This document shows, one piece after another, positions 8,926-16,571 of a stretch of 64,000 nt of DNA. The notes below the pieces were generated by a model, which searched no databases, was not told the DNA's origin, and was given only the letters and a program-made list of their open reading frames with translations. This DNA is from Minisyncoccota bacterium. GTDB taxonomy: Bacteria > Patescibacteriota > Minisyncoccia > Phycocordibacterales > GCA-2401445. Where the stretch lies: contig JBBDJV010000010.1 of the NCBI GenBank assembly GCA_040879725.1, positions 52,892-116,891 on the forward strand, given 5' to 3'. Position 1 is the stretch's first letter, and each line of letters opens with the position of its first letter. A program made the translations under genes and the position numbers.

Positions 8926-9049
8926 TCATATTACAGTACTCTATAAGTATGAAAGAAACATACATCATCCCTATTCTCAAAATGAGCAAATAGTGCATTT
9001 ACGTTAGGAAATTGAATACTACAGGGTAAATACATGGCTCAACAAAGCC

Positions 9050-9086
9050 ATTAAATGCGCACGCCGGCGTGCGCATTTATTTTTAC
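9050..9086 (+). terminator. Terminator-like hairpin AAATGCGCACGCC-GGCGTGCGCATTT followed by a T-run, in an ORF-free region
   Basis: GC-rich perfect stem followed by TTATTTTT. No annotated CDS precedes it, so it is a candidate 3' end of an ncRNA. Confidence 0.5.
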
Positions 9087-9090
9087 AAAG

Positions 9091-9112
9091 GTGTACCGAT
9101 ATATCGGTACAC
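9091..9112. repeat. 22-bp perfect palindrome GTGTACCGATATATCGGTACAC
   Basis: Seen directly. Confidence 0.55.
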
Positions 9113-9191
9113 TTAACCTTTCTCTTCTACGTTACCGTGTGCTACTGATCTATGTATGGCATTAGGAACACGGTATTCATACCAATACCAA

Positions 9192-9210
9192 TACAAGGGG
9201 ACCCCTTGTA
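9192..9210. repeat. 19-bp perfect palindrome TACAAGGGGACCCCTTGTA (family copy 1)
   Basis: Identical, as its reverse complement, to 56674-56692. Confidence 0.65.
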
Positions 9211-9427
9211 TTTGGGAGAACTAGTAAACCGCGGAAGCTTTTACCCAAATTATAGGAATAAGTGGTGAATATCGTGTACTATATATACTATGAATATTCA
9301 TGATCCTAATCCATTTCATATACAAACTGGTAAGTCAGCCGAATATCACCCCAAAGGACACCAAGGGAGAATAATTCTAACCATACTTCTTTGTATCTTT
9401 TTTATTGCTCTGTACGTACTGGTTAAA

Positions 9428-9467
9428 TAAAAAAAGGGGCTTCGCGAATGCGAAGCCCCTTTTTTAC
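9428..9467. terminator. Bidirectional rho-independent terminator
   Basis: AAAAAAGGGGCTTCGCGAATGCGAAGCCCCTTTTTT. Confidence 0.7.
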
Positions 9468-9564
9468 TGTAAGGGTTATCTGAACCTTTTATACACACGT
9501 ATCTATTGTGCCTTAGCGCGCTTCTTTTTATAATGAAAGTCAATAGTAATACTAAACAATATAT

Positions 9565-9930
9565 ATGGAACAAGAACCAATAAACCAAACAGGTCCCGAA
9601 CTGGGAAACTCAAGTCCTCAAAAAGGTCACCCAGTAGCTATCTTTGTCGTGCTACTTGTTATTTTAGGGGTTGTCTTGGGGTTTGTAAGTATGCAAGCCA
9701 AAGATAACGCTTCCGAGCAGGTAACCCAAACATCAACAAAAAACGAAGTTAGCCCGCTTCAGCTTGGAAAAGAAAAAGAAGATATTTTGATAATGGCAAG
9801 CAGTCCAACTCCCCTAAGTAGGTATGAAAAGCAAAGACTTTTCAGTTTTATCGAGGGTGAAAGGATACTAAAGTATAACTTTACTCAAGATGAGCAAATG
9901 ATTATTTTTAATGCACTCACTACCGATTAG
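9565..9930 (+). CDS. Hypothetical single-pass membrane protein
   Basis: ATG start, one TM helix (VAIFVVLLVILGVVLGFV). Its stop lies 2 nt before the start of the giant surface protein, suggesting a co-transcribed pair. Confidence 0.45.
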   Translation: MEQEPINQTGPELGNSSPQKGHPVAIFVVLLVILGVVLGFVSMQAKDNASEQVTQTSTKNEVSPLQLGKEKEDILIMASSPTPLSRYEKQRLFSFIEGERILKYNFTQDEQMIIFNALTTD

Positions 9931-9931
9931 T

Positions 9932-12900
9932 ATGAAAAGACTATCTCTTTTTTCTACAATCCTGAGTGTGGCTATCTTTTCACTTTTTATCGGTGGAAGT
10001 TCGGTGTATGCAACAGTTTCCCTAAGTGATAGCTATAGTGGTTATAGTTACGCAAACTGTCATCCTGACGATATGTACGAAGACCAAAGTCCAATAGTAG
10101 GAAGTTCAGGACATAGCGGAAGTTCACGAGTTGATGTAACTAAGCCAATTTCAGCACAGGTTACAAAGTCATATGATGACGTTGACTCAGGATATGCAGA
10201 ATCTGATGGCTGGGTGCGATACGATAGGGTTTTCGAAGCGGCATCTACATTCGATACCTCGTACGCCCTTAGTGCTTATTTGCGCAAAATAAGGGTGAGT
10301 GAAGCGTATCCGGAAGAGTACTTCGGATACTGTAACGGTAATTCCTGGCTGTATAGTGCGGTAATTGAAGCGGGGGGAAGGGTTGCTACTATCGGTTCTG
10401 TTGCATGGACAAATGGTTCTATTGCAGGACAGGGAAAGTATGCGTTTGGCGGTGGTAGTGGATATCTCGCTGATAGATATGGGCTTTCTTCTTACGGTAT
10501 TAGTACAGGTAATGCTTTATCTGCGGAAGCTTTTGGTCCAAACCCTTCAGCCATAGCTTGGGTAAGAGATGCCGATGGCAATGCAATTACTGATTCAGAT
10601 GTACCGAGTGGCGGTTCGGATAATACTGAACAAATTGCCCTGCGTCCTATTTCTATAATAAGGAATAAAAATACTGGCGAGCGGGTTTCAGGTCCACATC
10701 CGAATAACGGCTGTGGTGTTGTTGAATATTATAAAGAAGCAACAAATACTGGAGTCAGGGCTACTGCTATTGTTACATCTTATAGCCTTGTAGAACAAAC
10801 ACCATACGAAACAGAATACGTAAATACATCTGATACAGACTCATGGAATGGTGATACGCCAGCAATTTCCGGCAGGAACCTTTGTCTTGATTCAGTGCCA
10901 AGTGAATTAGATGGTATTGTGAGCGTTTGTAATTCAAACTGGGAAACCGTCGCACCTGCTCCAACAACAAGTAATATAGATGCATTTAATACCGCAAAAA
11001 ATACTTACAGTAACTCAAGTTTGTATGAAGTAGTTACCTACTCTGTAGTCGAGCATGGTAGTCCTAGTTCTTTCTATACGGAACCGGAAAGTGAATATGA
11101 CGTATACAATGAAATGTTTAACTTCGCATCCAAGGCGTATGGACGTGTGGTTGAATCTTGTACCGAAGATCCTGTAGTAGATCCAAACCCACTTTCTTGT
11201 ACAGTAAGTCCTTCTGAATCAAGAGTTAATACAGGAGAAGAAGTCAGATGGACAGCGACTGTGTTTAACGGCACTCCTGCTTCGTATAGCTGGGAAGGAA
11301 GTTCGAATTTAACTGGCTCTGGCGCTACTGTCGATAAAACATACTATAATGCAGAGTCACAAAACGCAGTAGTACAAGTGACTGACAGCTCGGGTAGAAC
11401 TACTTCATGTGGAGGAATGGTAAATGTTGACCCAACTCTGGAGGCGAGCTGTTATGCAAATCCAAACTCAACAAATCTTGAAAGTGGAATGAGTGATGTA
11501 TCTGTGGACTGGGTTGCTGTTCCGAAAGGGGGGACAGGTACCTATACATACGAGTGGTCAGGTGATGTAAGCGGTGGAGATATTTCTGAAACAGAAGTCT
11601 ATACATCAACCGGTGTTAAGTCTGGTTCGGTACTTATCACTTCTGGTTCTGAGACAGTGTCTGCAAACTGTTCAGCAACTATTGCGGGAGGTTTGGAATA
11701 TAATGTTGTCGCTGTTCCTGATGAGATAACTATATTTTCTGATACTCATGGTTCACTCGAAAATGATGATGCTTTCGTGAAAGTAGAAAAAAATCTTATT
11801 TCAGGTGATAGTGTTCCAGTAGATATTTCAGTTACTCTTACTTCTGTTGATTTAGATGAACCTAATCCTGACCCAAGTTCTGATCCAAATTCTGATCCAT
11901 TTGCTGATTCTCCTTATAACCGCGCAAACTATGGCTTTACTATTTCCTTTGATTCCTATAAAACGTGCGGGCCGACGTGTAGTACGAATATAACCCTTCA
12001 AACAGGTACCGATGGTAGTGGTGGAGGATTCCCCGAGCCAACACCGGCTGGTACATACCGATTCCAAGTATCTAGCAATGTCCAAACAGAAAGTGGTATT
12101 TACCCGTATGATAATTTTGATGTAGTGGTAACAGGTACTCCGCCCCCAAATACACCCTATTTAGGACCAACAACAGGAGCTTCGTGTGGTGCAGAGACTA
12201 GAGTTCAGTTTAGTAACCAAACTGGTTCTGAAACTGAGTACAATGGGTATCGTCTTATGAGGAATACGGAGAATAATTTTTCAGAGGCTGTTCTTGTTGC
12301 TGAGTTTGAGTACTTAGAAGATCGCCCAGAGCTATCTTGGGGGTCGGGGTCAGCAGCGTTATATCAGGAAGGAAAATATACCGACACAACACCTAATGCG
12401 GGAACACCGTACTACTATTTCTTGCAGGCGTATACTGAAGACGGTAGTGGAAATAAAACGTATTCAAATGTAGCTTACCTTTCTTCTCCAATTACAAGTA
12501 CGTATGAGTGTCTCACAGGGACTCCTTCATGTGTTGCTAATCCATCTATTGAAAATGCAGGGAATATTGTTAACTTTGAAGGTAGTAATGGGACGGTTTC
12601 CGGTGGCCAAGAACCATACACATATAGTTATCGATTCTCTGATATGACGACTTCATACATATCAAGTCCAAACTACGGAAGAACATTTAGCACTGCTGGA
12701 GTTGAAAATGCATATTTGAGTGTACAAAGTACTGATGGACAGACATCAGTGGAATCTGCATCATGCCCAGTTACTATAAATTCAGTACCACCAACAGTGT
12801 CGTTTGAGGTAAAGCCAAAACTTGGCGATGATACTGAGTATGTCTATGCACCGGATTCACCAAGAGCGTTGAGTATGGCATACAATGCGGCAAATGGAGG

Positions 12901-13492
12901 AAATAATGATGACAACCAAGTAACACTTAGGTGGGATGCAGACGCAGCGATTGAGTGCGTAGAAGTAACCGGTTCAGGATATGAAGATTGGGATACTGCT
13001 GATGTAACAAAAGGAACATACACTACGAGCGGCCCATGGACACAAGGAGAAAAAAGATTCCGGATTCAGTGTGATCCACCAACAGGGAGTAACCAATATC
13101 CAGTTACTGCTGATGCGTATGTACAACTCGGCGACTGTGAAAATTGTATTGATAGCCTTACATGCCAAGTGCGACAAGGGAATTCTAGCTCTTGGGTGAC
13201 CGAACCTCCTGAATCTTCCGATCCTGCGGAGCTACAAGTCCGTCTTGGAGAAAAAGTACAGTGGCAAGTAGTTCCGAGTCCCGCAGATGATGGTTCATAC
13301 GAATATAGTTGGGATGGAAGTACACCCCCACTTAATACTGCGGATACAGCTTTAGTGGAAGAAGTAGAATATAAAACAACTGGAGTTAAGACTGCAAAAG
13401 TGACAGTATCAAGTGGAGGAGATGTTGCGCAGTGCGGAAACAATCTTAACCTTATTGTTCTCCCTCCACGGCCTGACGTAAACGAGTTCTAG
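9932..13492 (+). CDS. Giant secreted protein (1186 aa) with at least four PKD-like repeats and Ig/FN3-like beta-sandwich domains
   Basis: Signal peptide MKRLSLFSTILSVAIFSLFIGGSSVYA. Recurring approximately 90-aa units with Cys..Y(S/E)W(E/S/D)G..G motifs (YSWEGSS, YEWSGDV, YSYRFSD, YSWDGST) typical of PKD domains. A PNPDPSSDPNSDP linker is present. Start trimmed to MKRLS (ATG). Confidence 0.6.
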   Translation: MKRLSLFSTILSVAIFSLFIGGSSVYATVSLSDSYSGYSYANCHPDDMYEDQSPIVGSSGHSGSSRVDVTKPISAQVTKSYDDVDSGYAESDGWVRYDRVFEAASTFDTSYALSAYLRKIRVSEAYPEEYFGYCNGNSWLYSAVIEAGGRVATIGSVAWTNGSIAGQGKYAFGGGSGYLADRYGLSSYGISTGNALSAEAFGPNPSAIAWVRDADGNAITDSDVPSGGSDNTEQIALRPISIIRNKNTGERVSGPHPNNGCGVVEYYKEATNTGVRATAIVTSYSLVEQTPYETEYVNTSDTDSWNGDTPAISGRNLCLDSVPSELDGIVSVCNSNWETVAPAPTTSNIDAFNTAKNTYSNSSLYEVVTYSVVEHGSPSSFYTEPESEYDVYNEMFNFASKAYGRVVESCTEDPVVDPNPLSCTVSPSESRVNTGEEVRWTATVFNGTPASYSWEGSSNLTGSGATVDKTYYNAESQNAVVQVTDSSGRTTSCGGMVNVDPTLEASCYANPNSTNLESGMSDVSVDWVAVPKGGTGTYTYEWSGDVSGGDISETEVYTSTGVKSGSVLITSGSETVSANCSATIAGGLEYNVVAVPDEITIFSDTHGSLENDDAFVKVEKNLISGDSVPVDISVTLTSVDLDEPNPDPSSDPNSDPFADSPYNRANYGFTISFDSYKTCGPTCSTNITLQTGTDGSGGGFPEPTPAGTYRFQVSSNVQTESGIYPYDNFDVVVTGTPPPNTPYLGPTTGASCGAETRVQFSNQTGSETEYNGYRLMRNTENNFSEAVLVAEFEYLEDRPELSWGSGSAALYQEGKYTDTTPNAGTPYYYFLQAYTEDGSGNKTYSNVAYLSSPITSTYECLTGTPSCVANPSIENAGNIVNFEGSNGTVSGGQEPYTYSYRFSDMTTSYISSPNYGRTFSTAGVENAYLSVQSTDGQTSVESASCPVTINSVPPTVSFEVKPKLGDDTEYVYAPDSPRALSMAYNAANGGNNDDNQVTLRWDADAAIECVEVTGSGYEDWDTADVTKGTYTTSGPWTQGEKRFRIQCDPPTGSNQYPVTADAYVQLGDCENCIDSLTCQVRQGNSSSWVTEPPESSDPAELQVRLGEKVQWQVVPSPADDGSYEYSWDGSTPPLNTADTALVEEVEYKTTGVKTAKVTVSSGGDVAQCGNNLNLIVLPPRPDVNEF

Positions 13493-13511
13493 TATTTATT
13501 AAAAAAGCAAA

Positions 13512-13548
13512 AGAAAACCCCAGAGCCTAAACTCTGGGGTCTTTTGTT
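13512..13548. terminator. Bidirectional rho-independent terminator between convergent genes
   Basis: CCCCAGAGCCTAAACTCTGGGG hairpin with flanking A/T runs. Confidence 0.7.
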
Positions 13549-13552
13549 ATTG

Positions 13553-14608
13553 TCAGTGCACTCGTTCCTCCTCGACATTGGTGCGTGCCCGAAAGATGCA
13601 GTTCTGTGCATCATTTGGCAAAGGCATTGCAAGCAAACCTGTATAGCCTGAATAAGTAGCAACTTCCTCCCATGTTTCAAGGTCGGTACTGCACTCGATG
13701 GTAAGTGTGCCAGGAGCACACTGTCCTCGCGCTACTAGCCGCGCGGTGCCGTCAATTACCTCAATAGAGAGGTGTACGTCCGAAGGGGTTATTTTCTCCC
13801 CGGTGCGAAGGTCGAATTGCTCAAAGAGCTTTCTGTCTACTGAGTAGTAGACAATGAACTCACCGTATAGGTTTTCCCGCACAGCTTTTCCGAAAATTTC
13901 CGCGGGAACAAGGATTTTGTCGGCAAAGGCTCGTACTTCGAATCCTCCACCTACGTACGCATGAGCGCTTTCTTCAACGAGAAAAGGATGACCTGTCTCG
14001 GTGGTTCGCCACTGCATGGTGGCGTGCTTAATTCCAGGTATTTTAATCGAAACCGAATATGTGTTTGATTTTTCGAAATCGGCATGGAATGCTTCTTCTG
14101 GTATCACCCACGAATTACCCTGTTGTTCAAGGTAAAAAACTTTTTGGTGATTAAACAGAAGCCCTTGTAGTTCCTTGTCAAAAAAAGAGATCGAAACAAA
14201 AAACGCTGTTTCCTTCGGATCTTCGGCGGCTTCGATAAACCTATCTGTTATGGGTACAAGTTTTTCATAAACTTCAGTCACAATATCTCCCGGAGTCCTT
14301 CCGTTCAGATTGAGAGCATAAATGCCACCAGTAATCTTGTTTTCGTGAGGCCACCACTTACCTTCATGGTAGTAGTTGTTGCTACTGTCCGTTCGAGCAT
14401 CGGGTGGGCTGTATCTAACAAAAAACCAAAGATATCCAACGTAGTTGGTTTTGTACGCCAACATGTTTTCTTGACTGCCGATGGGGAGCTGTTCCACTTG
14501 AGACAAAAGAGTCTCTTCCTTGGGGAGAAGTTCTTCAGAACCCTGCGCGGGGATGTAACCGCACAGAGCAACAAAAAGAACAAAAGTAAGCGTTGCGGTT
14601 TTCATCAT
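13553..14608 (-). CDS. Hypothetical secreted protein (signal peptide)
   Basis: MMKTATLTFVLFVALCGYIPAQG signal peptide. 351 aa, no recognisable family. Confidence 0.5.
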   Translation of the reverse strand: MMKTATLTFVLFVALCGYIPAQGSEELLPKEETLLSQVEQLPIGSQENMLAYKTNYVGYLWFFVRYSPPDARTDSSNNYYHEGKWWPHENKITGGIYALNLNGRTPGDIVTEVYEKLVPITDRFIEAAEDPKETAFFVSISFFDKELQGLLFNHQKVFYLEQQGNSWVIPEEAFHADFEKSNTYSVSIKIPGIKHATMQWRTTETGHPFLVEESAHAYVGGGFEVRAFADKILVPAEIFGKAVRENLYGEFIVYYSVDRKLFEQFDLRTGEKITPSDVHLSIEVIDGTARLVARGQCAPGTLTIECSTDLETWEEVATYSGYTGLLAMPLPNDAQNCIFRARTNVEEERVH

Positions 14609-14847
14609 ATTTTGAGGGGTTGAGTGTTTACTGTCAAATAACAGCAGTGTTTCTAACTACATTACACTAAGTATCAACAGACTTGTCTATAGTACCTGTG
14701 CATAACCTGTGTATTAGAGTGCACTAATTATTCTAATTTGTCCACCTTTGGCTTTATTATTAGATTCTAATAATTTACAAATACTTTCGTGTAACATATC
14801 AAGCAATGTGGATACAAATAACACACGTGGGTGAAAAAAATAGAAAT

Positions 14848-15186
14848 TCAGTTAATTTTCACAATATTTGGTATTCCTATCCAAGGGTTCCACTTGGGTG
14901 GGTAATTGATTCGTTGGTTTATAAAAGAATAATAATCAATAACTAAATTATCACAAGAATAGTTTCGATGTACCTGAGTCTCATCTTCATGTTTTAGTTC
15001 CGCTTCTTTAACCGAGATAGAGGCTTGTTGTTTATTGTGGTGAGGAAATAAGACGGGAGAAATGATAACGAGCCCGCCTTTTTCTTTGAGTAAACCTCTT
15101 AAGTGGTCTATAAGCTTTTCTTTGTCTTCAATGAAAGCAAGTACCAATTTGAGTAATATAAAATCATATTTCTTTTGAGAGAAAGT
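14848..15186 (-). pseudogene. C-terminal fragment of a class I SAM-dependent methyltransferase (remnant without SAM-binding N-terminus or proper start)
   Basis: The open frame begins right after an in-frame TAA. KYDFILLKLVLAFIEDKEKLIDHLRGLLKEKGGLVIISPV resembles MTase post-II and III motifs (fDfIlsk..l.h..d.......l.r.LkpgG.lvis). The only start candidate is TTG. Confidence 0.4.
14881..14897. repeat. Degenerate copy of the CAAGGG..CCCTTG palindrome family
   Basis: CCAAGGGTTCCACTTGG inside the MTase remnant. Confidence 0.35.
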
Positions 15187-15218
15187 TTATAAATTGATGA
15201 CTTACAAGAGAGAACTGT

Positions 15219-15827
15219 TTAAGTCTGTTGGTCCTTTACCATAAGTATGGTTTCAATTTTTTTACATCCAACTGCATGCAATCCTCTCTTTTTTGCATCT
15301 TTAAAACCATTCCGCTCATAGAAATTAATAGCTTTCTTATTTAAACGGCCAACCTCAAGAAATGTTAGCATTCGTGATGTTTTAGAAAAGGTGAAGGATT
15401 TTTTCATTAAAAGCTCTCCCAGACCCTTTCCTTGAAAAGAGGGAAGGAGATATAGTTGGCGTAATATTGAAAAACGCGTTGTTGAGTTTTTGTTTATACC
15501 AACTTGAATTGTGCATATCCCTATTATGCGATTATTGTAGGAGAGTACATAACGAAAATACTTTGAATTATGCATTTCGGGCAAATTGCTTTTAGAATTA
15601 CTTTCATACTTTTTCATTAATTTTAAGTTGAAAGAATCAAGTATATCTTGGTGGGTTATCTTTCCTCCTAGGTATGCTGAAATTACTGACCTCTTGAGGA
15701 CATTTTTAACTGATCGCAAATCAGTATTTTTAAATTTTCTTACTTTGTATTCCATATAAATAAAAATCTCCCTTTTGTACTCAGAAGGGAGATGTGTGAT
15801 GACACTAGAGGTTTCCTCATCAGGCAA
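15219..15827 (-). CDS. GNAT-family N-acetyltransferase
   Basis: Acetyl-CoA binding motif region QLYLLPSFQGKGLGELLMKK ... INFYERNGF. Overlaps the upstream gene by 8 nt. Confidence 0.7.
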   Translation of the reverse strand: MPDEETSSVITHLPSEYKREIFIYMEYKVRKFKNTDLRSVKNVLKRSVISAYLGGKITHQDILDSFNLKLMKKYESNSKSNLPEMHNSKYFRYVLSYNNRIIGICTIQVGINKNSTTRFSILRQLYLLPSFQGKGLGELLMKKSFTFSKTSRMLTFLEVGRLNKKAINFYERNGFKDAKKRGLHAVGCKKIETILMVKDQQT

Positions 15828-16368
15828 ACCTCATCATTCCTACGCGAGTTAGTTCGTTTGTAGGGAAAACACTCTCTTGTGGAGTTGAGCTCCCGAAATG
15901 CCAACATATTCGGTTATTCAGAGCGTCTTTGGGCCAGGATTCCAGGTTGACGCTATTTGGAAAGATAGTATCAAGAATTTTGAGAGTGTACTCATATATC
16001 CCTTCTACCAACTTTCCTTTCTCGATGTCAGTTTCATCAAGTGGGTCATGGTGCATATAGTAGCCAATTCCATCTTGGCAAAACTGAGCATAGCTCTTCG
16101 TATGAAGAATATGACTGTGCCAGTAAGGATCAACAGCTACTGAAACTGCATGCATGTTGTTCGGGTTTAACGTAGCAAGGGCATAGTATTGTTTGAGAGC
16201 ATACTCTGCCTCGCTAGGATTCAGAGTTGGCTCGCCACCAGCCTTTCTAATCTCTTTTTCTGCATGCTTCAAGAAAATACTGAAGTCATGGTTGTCAATT
16301 ATATGAAGACGACGCTTTTGCAAGGGAGTCAATATAATTCCTACGGTATCTACCAGTGTTTTTTTCAT
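15820..16368 (-). CDS. Hypothetical protein, possibly DUF1399 / glycine-rich-domain-protein-like
   Basis: Motifs DPYWHSHILHT and YYMHHDP resemble the D-x-x-WH-x-H and HDD motifs of PF07173. Start trimmed to MKKTLVD (AAGGA Shine-Dalgarno upstream). Confidence 0.4.
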   Translation of the reverse strand: MKKTLVDTVGIILTPLQKRRLHIIDNHDFSIFLKHAEKEIRKAGGEPTLNPSEAEYALKQYYALATLNPNNMHAVSVAVDPYWHSHILHTKSYAQFCQDGIGYYMHHDPLDETDIEKGKLVEGIYEYTLKILDTIFPNSVNLESWPKDALNNRICWHFGSSTPQESVFPTNELTRVGMMRFA

Positions 16369-16494
16369 AACCTGCATCCTTTGTTGTAATTGTTGAGAGA
16401 ACTTTGATTTAGAACCTGATTTTAGGATATAACAATAACTATAAAAAAACAATAGAATGAAACTTCGCTTTTGTGCCAGGTTTACATTTTGATT

Positions 16495-16526
16495 GCGCGC
16501 GCATGTACACATGTGCGCGCGTTTTT
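16495..16526 (+). promoter_or_regulatory. GC-rich hairpin plus T-tract 45 nt upstream of pilB (candidate attenuator or terminator of an upstream leader RNA)
   Basis: CGCGCGCATGTACACATGTGCGCGCG followed by TTTTT within an otherwise AT-rich 200-bp leader. Confidence 0.4.
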
Positions 16527-16571
16527 AATACATCACTCTGTTATAATTAAGTCAACCATCGTGGTGAGAAT

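Noticed and set aside
8830-8930. Possible CRISPR array suggested by recurring GAACGAGGTT..AACCTCGTTC units
   Set aside because: Only two to three copies per locus, irregular spacing, the units are themselves palindromes, and no cas genes are nearby. A dispersed palindromic repeat family is a better description.
8949-8993. 14-codon mini-ORF MKETYIIPILKMSK in the island
   Set aside because: No Shine-Dalgarno, and too short to evaluate. Could be a leader peptide, but there is no supporting context.
8606-9564. tRNA, tmRNA, RNase P or SRP RNA in the ORF-free island
   Set aside because: I could not find a T-loop GTTCRANYC with a matching acceptor stem, the RNase P P4 box (GGAAAGTCCGG), or a tmRNA tag frame by eye. 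This is left as an open ncRNA candidate, not called.
9346-9588. 80-aa - strand ORF spanning the bidirectional terminator at 9428-9467
   Set aside because: It reads through a strong terminator hairpin and overlaps the start of the 9565 gene. No Shine-Dalgarno, odd composition.
10365-13443. Short ORFs on both strands inside the giant surface-protein gene (10365-10556, 10773-10985, 11074-11274, 11400-11609, 11852-12085, 12974-13177, 13066-13443)
   Set aside because: All are embedded in the 1186-aa CDS, which has a signal peptide and a repeat-domain structure. No independent support.
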